Shown here: piece by piece, positions 28,201-40,200 of the stretch
Position numbering within the stretch: the stretch's first letter is position 1
How the letters are laid out: each line of letters starts with the position of its first letter
NCBI GenBank assembly: GCA_964390795.1
Contig: CAYMLQ010000003.1
Coordinates: 1 to 58,493 of the forward strand
Length of the DNA stretch: 58,493 bases
From: an uncultured Lentisphaeraceae bacterium
GTDB lineage: Bacteria > Verrucomicrobiota > Kiritimatiellia > RFP12 > UBA1067
Reading direction: 5' to 3'
The notes under the pieces: generated by a model
The model's input: the letters and a program-made list of their open reading frames with translations, nothing else
Databases searched by the model: none
Told to the model about the DNA's origin: nothing
Made by a program: the position numbers and the translations under genes

Positions 28201-31200
28201 GTTCTGGTTTGTGGCGGGGACAGTTCCTGACCCTGTGAAGAGCGAGTTCTCGTTAAGCACAAGTGTCCACAAAGGCATGGAGCCAACAAAGTTCCAGAGG
28301 TCGAACGTGCCGCCGCTGTTGACCGTGTTCGTGTTGGCGGACGTTCCGTTGATCGTGGCTGCACTCTCGAAGCGCAACCGGCCCTGGTTGATCGCGATGT
28401 GACCCGCTCCCGGGTTTAGGAGCGTCGTGCCTCTAAGCGCGATCTCGTTCACATTGGTCTTCGAGAGTGTGTAGCCGTTCAGGTCAAGTGTCGGCGAACC
28501 GGTGAGCAAGTCCCAGCGCTGGTTTCCGCCAAAGGTCGTGTGGCCGGCAAGGGAAATCCGGCTCATCGCGCTGACCTGCGTCGTGGTCGAAACGTTGACG
28601 ATCGCACCCGCACCATCGTAACCGGCACCGCTGACGATAAAGAGCCGGGTGCTCAAATTTAACTGGTCCATCGCACGTGTGCCTCCGACGTCGGGCGTAC
28701 ACCCCAGATTGAGCGTGGCGCCCTCGGCGATGATAACACTTTCCGTTGAATTACCGAACGCGTTGTTCTGGTTAGGACGAACCATGCCCGCATTGATGTA
28801 GGTCGGCCCCGTGTAGGTGTTGGCACCAAGCAAGTGGAGCTGGTTCGTTCCGCTCTTGGCGAGCGAACCCGCACCGCCGATCACGTTGCTGAGGCGCTGC
28901 GCGAACGGGCCTCCAAACTCGAGCGTTCCCGCGTTGATCGTCACCGCGCCGGAGAAGGTGTTCGAACCGGCGAGCACGGCCGTGCCAGAACCGTATTTGC
29001 TGACCGTGGACGCAGTCGTGTTATTGGCGACGGCGGCATTGACGGTCAGCACCGCACCCGCATTGTTGTTCTCAAGTTTCAGGTTCCCGCCAGGGTTGAG
29101 CGGCGCGACATACCCGTTGCCCGGGTTTGCTCCAAGCGTCATCGACCCTTGGCCGGCGGCGATTGTCAGCGCGGACGCCAGCAGCGTCTTGTTGGTCGTG
29201 TAGCTGACCGTGTCGATGGTTGCAGCAACCGGCTGGCTTTGCTGCACCATGAAGATCCGGTTGGTCCAGATGCCTTCAAGGGTGATCGGGCCGGAGTCAC
29301 CGGGTTCGGTGATCTGGGCGAACGCGTTGGCGTTGTCGGGCACGACCGAGTTAGGAACGTTACCGCGGGCGGCCAGGTTGGTCACGACGTCGCTGCCCGA
29401 CGCCCCGAACGCGTAGACGCCCAGGGTACTGCTGTAGGCTGCGAGGTTTGTTCCGTTAACCGTTGCCCAGGCGCCGATGGGGCCGTTCGCCTGAGCCGTG
29501 ATGTAGATGCGGTTCTGGTCAGACTGTCCGAGTCCCGTACCCGTGAAGTCGAGCGTCGCGCCCGACGCGTAGGCGAGCGAGGCAATGGTCACGACCGAGG
29601 TCTGTCCGCCGTCGGCCAGCGAGGTGGCGAACGTGTTTGTCGAAGCCGTCACGGAGAGCGCGCCCATGCGCTCGCTGTAGTCTGCCGCGCCGCCCTCGTG
29701 AGCAAAGCGCAGTGTGCCGCCGGACAGCGTGATGCCGGTTAGGTCGCGCAGACGATCCGTCGCGTTGGTCAACTCGCTGTTACGAAGCTCCAAGACCGCG
29801 TTGCCTGAGAGCGTGAGGGCACTTGTTCCGGCAAGCGCTCCATTCGCTCCGGCCAAGACGAGGCTACCGCCGCTGATCGTTGTTGCGCCGCCAAAGGTAT
29901 TTGAACCGTACAGCGTCCACGTGCTGGCGTTGGCCTTGGTCAGCGAGAGCGTGTTCAGTCCGTTGCTGATCGGCCCCGTGACGACGTTACCCAAGCTAAG
30001 ACCGTCCAGCCAGAGGGTTTTTGCGGCCGACGACCTCAAGATAGCCGCAGTGCCGACTCGAATCGTAGCATTATTGGTTGGAACAAGGATCACGCTGCCG
30101 GCACTACCCGAACTGAGATTGATCGAAGGTATGTTCAGGGCCGGGACGCCATTCACAACGTTGGTAGCGGCCGACACGTTGATCGTGACGGAGCCCAAAT
30201 CGAAGTCACCGAGCGAATGGCTTACGGCATCCTCGCTGCCGCCATTGCCAAGCACGACGGTTGCGACGCTCAAGCTGTTCATGAGCACATAGTTCGTGAA
30301 CGCGTTGACGCCGTTGTGATCGAGGTACAGCGTTGCCACCGTGCCAGGGATGGTGATCGTACCTGTGCCCAGCGCATTCGGGTGCGTGGCAACCAAGGCC
30401 CCGCCGTTGAGCGTGGTGCCGCCAGAGTAAGTGTTGGCGTTTGAGAGCTTCCAGATTCCGGCGCCAGACTTCGCGACGGTGATCGCGTTCCCGTAGGGCG
30501 TGTTACCGATGACGCCCGAGAACTCACCTATACCGCTGGTCGAACCTTGGAACGTCAGCGACTTCGCCCCGATTCCTGAATGCATCAGGCCACCGGTCAA
30601 CGCGAGGAGGTTTGTGCCCGAGTGGTCGATGGTGCCGCCGCCCGTGGTGCCGGCCAGGTCGATCACGCGGTCTGAGGTCTCGCCCATTCCCGCGTAGACC
30701 AGCGTGCCGGGGGCTGTCGTGTAGCCGAGCTTGACGGTGCCCTGTGCGGCCGATGTCGGCGCGCCGAGCGGGCTAGCCCCGCCACCAACGCTGCCGAGGG
30801 TCGCGACTCTTAGCGCACCCGCCTTGACCGCAGTCGGGCCGAGGTAGGTGTTGGCTCCGGAGAGCGTCAGCGTGGTGGCACCCACCTTGCTGACCTCATA
30901 CGGGCCGTTCATTTCGCTGATCGGGCCGGAAATTTCGCTGTTTGAGGATTGCGAGCCAAAGAAAGCGTCACCCACGCCCGTGATGGGGCCGCAGAGAGCG
31001 ACGGGGCCAGCCCACAGGCCGGCGTCCAGTCGGAGCTGACCGTAGGACTCGCCGGTATCGCCGCCGTAGAGGTTGAGGGTCGCGTTGCGGGTGACGGAGG
31101 AGTTCGCCCACAGCGTGCCGTTGGTCAGGACATTGACCGTCGCCGCGGCGTTGTCGAGGCCCGTCATTTCGGCTCTGGAGGCTCCGGCAAAGGCGCCGAC

Positions 31201-34200
31201 GCCGATGTTCCACACGCCGACGAAGCCGGAGTAGTTGCCGGTCAGGTAGATACGCGCGCTTCCGGTTCCAAGGGAGACGTTGTTGGTTCCGGCGCCGCTC
31301 AGGCTGTTGTTGAGACCGGTGTAGTTCACGTCGCCGGTGCCGCCTGCGCCGGCATCCAGATTGAGTGTGCCGTTATTGGTGACTCCGCCCGTGCCGAGGC
31401 CGCCCGAGTTGGACACCTGGAGCACGCCGCCGACATTGATGAGGGTACCGCCGCTGTAGGTGTTGGCGTTGGCCAGCCTGAAGTTGGCGGCGCCGGACTT
31501 GACGAGCGCGTTGGTGCCCGCGATGGCGCCGGAGCCGGACAGTGTGTAGGCGAAGGTCGCGTTGTTCGCCGTGACGCCGGCCGGCGTGACGGTGGTAGTC
31601 AGCGTGACCGCATTGTTGAGGCTGACGTAGGTGTCATCAAAGACGACCGGATCGCCGACAGAGCCCGCCGTCTCCTGGTAGTAGGCCGAGGCAGCCGCGC
31701 TGTCCTTCCAAATCAGGTTAGCGCTGTCGTTGATGTTCCACGATCCGTTACCTGCGGCGCCGGTGCCCCACGTAAGGGCAGCAGCCGAGCCCGCGAGGTT
31801 CAGCATCAGCGTGTTCCCGACCCAAGACAGGGTGCTGCCGCTGTAGCCGCCGGCAAGGGTGAGTGCCGGTACGGCCGAAGGAGCGGTGCCGCCCACGGTC
31901 ATCAGCGGATAAGTGCCGTTCGCAACAGTGAGTCCGGTGAGAATGACCCTCACGCCCGGCGTCACGGTGAAGGCCGCATCGCCAGTTACCGCCAAAGGCG
32001 CGGTCGTGGCACTGGGCACCGCCGCGAAAGCGAACTCCAGGTCGGGCGCGCCGCCGCCGCTGAGGCCGGCGCTGGTGGTCAGGCCCGCAACGGCAGCCTG
32101 GGCGTCGGAGCCGGCGTAGCGGACGCCGAAGAGCGCGTTGGTTCCAGTGCCTACCGACTGTACCGTGACGGCGCTGTTGCTGCACGAGGCACCGGTGACG
32201 AGCACAAGGCGTCCGCCGTTCACAACAGTTGCGCCGCTATACGTGTTGGTGCCGGTCAGGGTCAGCGTGCCGGCGCCGCGCTTGGTCAGGCCGCCACTGG
32301 TGTTGGGCACCGTGCTGGCGCTGCCGCTCTGGGTCACTGTGCCGCCGCCGCCCGTGAAGGTGAGCGTGGGGGTGCCCATGTGGTAGTTCGCGCCCGGGCT
32401 GGTCAGCGTAACGCCCGTCAGGTTGCCGTTGCTGTCGATCGTGGCGACGGCGCTGGCGCCGTTGCCAAAACCGGCGATGTCGACGATCGGCGGCGCGATG
32501 AAGCCGGTGCCGCTGAAGGTCATGCCGGCGAGGCTGACGCCGTTGCCCCACGGGCTGTGCAGAGACTGTCCGATGGTGAGGGCGTACCCGCCGTCATCGA
32601 TGGTGGCACCGCCGGCGTAGATACGCGCGGCCGTCAAGCCGCTGATAAAGGCGGCGTTGTTCTTGTTGGCCTTCAGCGTGCCGCCGTTGAAGTTCAGGTA
32701 GCCAAAGGCTCCGGAATACTGGGTGACAGCTGGAACGGTGACGGTGCCGCCGTTTAGGTTGGCAATGCCGACGACGCCCGCCCCATTGCCGAAGCGGAGC
32801 GACATGCCTAGGTTCAGGACGTTCAACGCCGCGCTGCCGGAGACGTTCAGGATGCCGCTGGCGCTGTTGCCCACCCGGACATCACCGGCTCCGGCGGCCA
32901 TGGTCACGGTGCCGCCTGTCAAGGTGGCCACACACGTGTTCGCCACGGCATTCTGGTAGGAGCCGATTTCCAGAGTGTTCAAGTTCACGGTGACCGTGCC
33001 GCCGCTGACGAGCAACTCGCCGCGGTTATTTCCGGTAGCGCCCGACGCGCGGCCTATTGCTAAGTAACTGGCGGAGGTGACGCTGCCGCCGGTGACGTTC
33101 AGCGCACCGAAGCCGTTCTGGCCGTTGCCACCTGCACCGAGCCAGATGTCAGAGCCCGCATTCAGTACGCCAGCACTCAAGTTGATGACGCCGATGGCGC
33201 CACTTGTCGTGCCGACCTGCAAGGCGGGCTGCGAGTTCTTGGTCGCGTTCACCGTGCCGCCGGTGATGTTGACAACCGCTTTGCTGGACAAGGTGCCGAC
33301 GTTGAGCAGTCCCGCGTTGGCGGTGTTGCCCACGTTGAGTCCGGCGCCTGCGGGGATATCCACGATGCCGGAGGCGAACGTCGTCGCGCCGGTATAGGTG
33401 TTGGCGGTTGCGAGCGTCAGCCGGTTCGTGCCGAGCTTGCTGAACGTGCCTGCACCCGCAATGACGCCGCTACCTGCGAACGTGTAGGCATACAGGTTAT
33501 TGGTCATCACGACGCTCGATGGGCTGGGCGCACCAGACAACGTCACCGTTGAAGGCCCGGTGAGCGTTGAGTCGTCGAAGAGCACATTGTCGCCTGCTGC
33601 GCCCGAGCCGAAGGGTTCCTGATAGTAGGCGTAGGCCATCGCGGCACTGTTCGTCCACACCAGGTTGGCGCTGTTGTTGATGTCCCACGTGCCGCTGCTG
33701 GTCACGCCGGGGGTCCACTTCAGCGGAACGCCGGAAGCGAAGAGCCGCAGCATGAGGGTGTTGCCGTTCCAATACAAGAAACTGTTGGTGTAGCCGCCGA
33801 CCATGTTCAACGTCGGGACGACGGTAGGTGCCGAAACACCGACGACCATCAGCGGATAGGCGTTTGTCGGGACGGTCAGGTTACCCATGTAGACGTTGAC
33901 TACGGGGTTCGTGGCGAACGTGACCGTGTCGCGGACTCTGAGCGGTGCCACGGTGGTGCTGGGAAGTGCCGCAAAGGAGAAGTCCAGAGCCGGGCGGCTC
34001 GCCGCCGGCGCGAGGGAAACGGCGGTGACCAGATTCGAGCAGGTCCACTGCGTGTTCGCTGCAGAGTATAGGATATTCAAGGAGGCGGCGGCATCGGCGA
34101 CGTCGCTCGCCTGGACAGTCACGGTGCTGTTGCTGCAGGAGCCGCCAGTGACAGCCAGTATCCGGCCGTTATTGCTCGTAAGCGGGCCGCCCAGCAGGCT

Positions 34201-37200
34201 CACGCTGGCCAGCCTGAGCACGCCATTACCCTTCTTGGTCAGGGCGAAGTTGCCACCCACGGCTCCCAGCGTCAAGGTGCCTGCGGCGCTGCCGTTGTTG
34301 GCGACGTTGAAGACAGCCGGATCGGCGGTCAGGGTCGTCGCGCCATACGTGAGGCCGTAAGGCGTGTTGACGAGCGTGTTCGTGCCGGGCGCCATGCTAA
34401 GTGTGCTGGCGTTGATGCTCAGGGTGCCCAGGGTGTGCGTCACGCCGGGGCCGGGGGTCAGGCGTCCGGACTTGACCGTCATCGACGCCGAAACCGTAGC
34501 TGCGTTGTTGAACGTCAGCGCAGTGTCATTGCCGTAGTCGAGCGTGGTGCCCGCAGTGTTGAGGGTGATGGCACCCGTGCCGAGCACATTTGTTTTCGCT
34601 TGGGCAACCAGCGTGCCGCCGCTGAGTGTCGTAGTGCCGCCATAGGCGTTCGCGCCCGAGAGCACCAGCGTGCCGTTGCCGGCTTTGGTCAAGCCGTAAG
34701 TTTGACCCGATGTCTGGGTGATGATTCCGCCGATCGTGAACGTGTTCGCCCGGACGGTGAGGGTTCGGCTGGCAGGGAGGTTGACCGCGCCGGTGCCGAA
34801 GTTCAGGCTGTTCGCGCTGCCGGCATAGATAAAGTCGCCGTTCCAGTCTTGAGGGTTAGCGGTCAAGAGCGTGATATCCGAGCCACTGAGGTTGTCGAAG
34901 ATCGCGCCGCTGCCGATGTAGATACGGCCGATACCGATGGAGGACGCGGTGTTGTCTATGCCGCCGTTGTTGATGTTCATCTGGCCGGCGCCGTGGGTCG
35001 TGCCGCCTCGGTAGGTGTTCGCCGCGTTCAGGGTAATCGTGCCCGTGCCGTATTTCGAGAGCGAGCCGCCGCCGGTGATGAGGCTGTTCAAGGTCAGGGA
35101 AGCGCCGCTCTCAAACTGGAATCTGCCGCCGTTCACGAAGATGGGGTTGTTGTACGTGCCGTTGTTCAGCTGGGCATTGCCTGCTGTGCCGATGTACAGC
35201 GTACCGACCGGGTTGACAGTGATCGAAGCCGGGTTGTAGTTCAGCGCATTGTTGAGGTACGCCGACGTCCAGCCGGATTTGACGAGGGGCGCAGTACCCG
35301 AGATCGCAGCATTGATCGTGTAGTTGTTCGTATTGATATTGATATAGATGGCCGAGGGTGAGACACCTGCGCCGACGCTGGTGACGGTAGCGTTGGCGAG
35401 CAGCGAGTCGTCGAACGTGACGATGCTGCCTTCCGTGTAGCTTGCCGCTCCGCTGTTGTTCTTCCAGTTCAGGAATCCGCCGTCCCAGACCGACGACAGG
35501 TTGCCATTCCACGTCAGGCCGAAGCCGGTGGCGCTGGAGATGTGCAGGATCAGGCTGGTCGCCGTGAGTTCCAAAGTGGCGTTCGGCGTGCTGTTGAGCA
35601 CGACGAATGTGCCTGCGCCTGACCGGGAGGCGAAGTTCATCAGCGTGTAGTCGCCTGCGGGAGCGACGCCGCCGGGGAAAGAGAGCGCGATGGTGTTCAC
35701 GCCGTTCACCGTCAGAACGCCGGCGACGTCGATGGCATCAGAGGCGGACAACGTGGCGGGGATGTCGTAGTACAGCGTGGCGCCGTTCAGGGTCAGCGAG
35801 CTGCCGAGCGTGAGCGTGCCGATGCCGCCGGCGTCGGCCGGCAACAGGCAGCCGCCAGCGAGGACGGTGACGGGGCTCATGACGGCGCCGTTGCCGCCCA
35901 GCGTGGTACCGCTGCTGACGGTGACGGCGACCGTCCCCTTCAGCGAGCCCGGGCTGTTGACGAGCAGGATTCCGCTCCTCTCGTTCAAGAGCGTGGGCCC
36001 CGTGTAGGTGTTGGTGCCCGTGAGGATCTGCGTGCTGTTGCCGCTCTTGCTCAGGCTCAGAACACCCCGGCCGTTTTCGATGACGCCGGAGAAGGTCGCG
36101 ACCTTGGAACTTTCGTTACCGATCGTAAGCGTGGGAGAGACGCCCGTGCCGACGGTCACCCGGCCGCCGCCGACCAGCATGCCCATGGTGTCGGTACCCC
36201 TGATATCAAAGGTTCCGTTGTTTGTAATGCTCATGCTGTCGTGCAGACAGTTGGCCAAGACATTGATGAGCGTGGCGCCCGGCGCGATGGAGATGGGGAC
36301 GTCAGTGGTTCCAGAGTGGTTGAGCTCCATCGTTCCGGCATTGATGACGTACAAGCCGGTACCGGTCAAATTGGGGTCACCGTTGATCCGCAGCGTGCCT
36401 GCGCCTGTCTTGGTGAGGATGCCGGATCCAGCAGTGCTGCCGTTGGCACTCAAAATCAATATCGAGGATGGGCCGACGTCGATGACCGGGGAGCCCAGCA
36501 CGGCAGTGACGGCTCCGGCGTAGGTGTTGACGCCCGTCTGGCTGGACAGGGTGCCATACAACGTCAGTGCCTCTGCGGCTGTGGCGATGCTGCCGGCGAC
36601 TTCCAGAACGGCGCCGGTGTTGACCGTGGTGCCGGCCGCCGTTGCTCCGAGCGCGTTAGCGTGCTGCGCGACAAGCGTGCCTTCGTGGATCGTTGTGGCG
36701 CCGGAATAAGTGCTCGAATTCGGCAGGACGACCTTACCTGATCCGAATTTCTTGAGGACGACCACGCCGCCGATATCGGCGATCGGGGAGTTCAGGGTCA
36801 GGATGCCGCTCGTGCCGTCAACGTCGAGCAACAAACCTTCGGTGGCGACCAGCGGCGCAAGGAAACCGTCGCCAAACTTTTCGCCTACAGTCAAAGACCC
36901 CTGGCCGTCAGTGATGAACAGCCCGTGGGTCAGAAGAATCTTGTTGGCTGTTCCGTTAAGGGTTGAGATCACCGCATCGGTGCCCGTATTCTGCCGTATG
37001 CCGAAGATACGGTTGGTCAGGGTACTGTCGAGCGTGATCGGGCCGGCGACGCCGGGGCTGTTGATTCGCGCCACGATATTTGAATCGTTGGGAATGACCG
37101 AGTCAGGCCCGCGTGCCGCGAGGTCGTATGTGCTGGTGGTGGCGCAGACGCCGCGCGTGGTGCTGTAGAAAGCGAAGTTTGTGCCGTTTACCGTAGCCCA

Positions 37201-40200
37201 AGGGCCCAGGTTGCCTTCGGGTTGGCCGGGGATAAAGATAGCGTTGCGGTTGCTGTCGCCGAGTCCTTCGCCGACGAAGTTGATAAGCGAAACGCCGCTT
37301 CGTGCGATGGAGGCCAAGGTGACGACCGACGTGTAACCCACATTCGCCTGAGAGGTCACGAACTGGTTGGTACCACTTGTAATGGAGAGCGCGCCCAACG
37401 TTTCTCCGTAGCCCGTGGCGCCACCCGTGTGGGTGAAGTTGATCGTGCCGCCCGCCAAGGTAAGGGGTACCCCGTTACGCACGCGGTCGGTCCAGTTTGA
37501 TGCCGTGCTGTTGCGCAGCTCGAGCGTGCTGTCTCCTGAAAGCGTGATCGCGCTCGTGTTGCTGATGGAACCATTGGCTCCCGTAATGATGAACCGGCCG
37601 CGGGTGATCGCGGTCACGCCCGTATAGGCGTTGGGGCTCGCGAAAACAAGGGTTCCGTTGCCGGACTTCGTCACGCTGTAGGTGCCGCTTGCCGAACCGA
37701 GCGTCAGCGTGCCGTTGGCGGCTACGTCGAACGCGGGGTTGCCGAGCAGCGTCGTTGTCCCGAAGGTCAGTCCGAAGGGCGTTCCCGCTTTCACATTCGC
37801 GCCCGGAGCCACGCCGAGGTTGCTGGTGATCGCAAGCGGGCCCAAGATGTGCGTGATGCCGTCGCTGTTGGGGGTGGCCTTGTTGGAGAGAATGGTAGCG
37901 GCGCCGCCGACGCGCGTGGGATAGTTGGTGACGGACGTATCTGTCGCCAAGTCCAGTATGCCGCTGTTGAGGGTGAGCGCAAGCGTCGCGCCGCTTGTCC
38001 CCAAGGCGTACGGGTGGCCCAGTTTGAGCGTTCCGGCTGTGACTGTGTTGGTGCCAGCCGTGCGGGCGCTGGACGAGCCGAGGAACAGCGTGCCTGCGCC
38101 CTGCTTGTTGAGGTGGTAGTTGCCGCTGAGGGTGCCGAGGGTCAGGTAGCCGATGCCAATACCGTTGTTCGCGACGTCGAAGGTCGGTGTGTTACCGCTG
38201 ATCGTCGTGTTACCGAACCTCAGTCCGTAAGGCGTGCCGGGGATCACATTCAGGCCGGCCGACGCAGAAAGGGTCACGTTTCCAAGGGTCAACGTGCCCA
38301 GCGCGTTCGTTACGCCGGGGCCGTAGGTCAGGCGGCCTGACTTCACCCCCGTGCTGGCTGTCATCGAGGCGTTGTTTACGAATGTCAGCCCCGCGTCGTG
38401 ATCCAGTTCCATCGTGCCGCCGCTGAGCGTCAGGCCGCCGGTGCCCATCGCAGCCGGGCAGGCCCTGGCGTACAGCGTGCCACCGTTGACCGTCATGGTG
38501 CCGCTGAACGTGTTGGTGTTCGCCAAGGTCAAGGTGCCCGAGCCGGACTTGGTCAGCCCGCCGCTGCCCGAAATGATGCCGGACAGCGTCTGGGGCGGTG
38601 TGCTGCCATAATTGAATCCGCCGGCATTTACGATTAGATTGCCCGAGTAAACGCCGCCGTTGAGTTGGGCGTTTTGATTCAAGTACAACCAGCCGTTTGC
38701 GATCATCACCGAACTGGGGTTGTAGGACGAAATGCCCGTCAGATAGGTCGCGGCAAGGCCGAACTTATTGAGGGGGGCGGTTCCCTTGATGTTCGCGGCC
38801 ACGCTGTAGATGTTGACGGCGTTGTTGAACACCAGCGCGGAAGGGGTCACGTCGCCCAGGCTGGTGACGTTGAACGACGATGCCGCGTCGTTGAAGGCGA
38901 CCGCACTGCCGTCCGTGAACGTGGCGGGGCCGCTGCCCAGCAGCCAGTTGGCGTCGGAACCGTCCCAGGACGCCGACACGTTGCCGTTCCAGGTCAGGGA
39001 GGAGGTTCCGCTGCCGCTGACGCGGAGGAGAAGGTTTGTGTTGCTCAGCACGAGCGCGGCGTTCGGGTAGGCGCCCGCAAGCTGGAACGTGCCGGTGCCC
39101 GCCTTTGAAGCGAAGGTCATCAGCGTATAGTCGCCGGCCGCTGCCGCGCCAGCCGGGAACGAAAGCGAGACGACGTTGCTACCGTTGAGGGTCAGTGCGC
39201 CAGCCACCGTCACGCGGTCATAGTCTTCGGCGGGAGAAGCGGAGATATCGCAGAGCAGGGTGCTCGTCGTCAGCGCCAAGGTGCTGCCTAGCGTGAGGGT
39301 TCCGATGGTGTTAGAAACGCCGGGACTGAGGATGTTGTAGCCCGTCAGCGTGACTCCGCCTTGGATGGAGCCGTTTCCGCCGAGTATCGTTCCCGTATTG
39401 TTGACCGTCACGACGGTATTGCCCAGCGATCCGGGGCTGACGATGTAAAGTGCGCCGCATAATTCTACCGTGGTTGCGCCCGTGTACGTGTTCTTTCCAG
39501 AGAGTATCTGGACACCCGTTTGGGTTTTTTTCAGCGCCAGCGTACCTGCGCCGTTCGTGATCACGCCGGAGAAGGTTTCCGACATGTTGTTGTTGCCGAT
39601 GGTGAGCGTATTAGTGCCCGAGATGTCTCTGGTCACCAAACCCGCGCCTGCGAATCCGCCGATGTTGTTGTCGCCACGGAGCACACACGTGCCGCCCGCA
39701 TCAACCTGAAGTCGGCTGCTGGTGCTGTTGAGCGCGGATCCACAGGCATACAGCCAAGCTCCATTATTAACGACGACATTTGCATCCATCGTGCCGGCGA
39801 CGATATCCGCGATACCCTCGCGAACGGTCATTTGCCCGTTACCATTCGGATCTTTCAGTAATGCCAGACGTCCACCGCCGGTCTTAACAAAGGGACCATT
39901 CGCCTGGATACAACTGCTGCCGCTGTTGGCTAGGACTAGAGTCGATCCTGTTCCCACATCGATCCGGGAACCGGACGTCAGCGTGACCAAGCCATTGAAC
40001 GTGTTGCTGCCTGTCTGGCTGGAAAGCGTGCCGTTGAGAGCCAGCGCTTCGGCCAGTGTGTTGACGCCACCTGCCAGTTCCAGATTGCCGCCGGGGTTGA
40101 CCGTTGTGCCCACAGTGGTCAAGCCAAGACCGTACGCGTGCTGGACCTTCAGGATGCCAGCGTTCACGATGGTGGCACCGCTGTAGAGGTTTGAACCGGC

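Noticed and set aside
30949-32757. 602-aa plus-strand ORF, and many shorter ones, inside the giant gene
   Set aside because: These are antisense shadows caused by the biased codons of the giant ORF.
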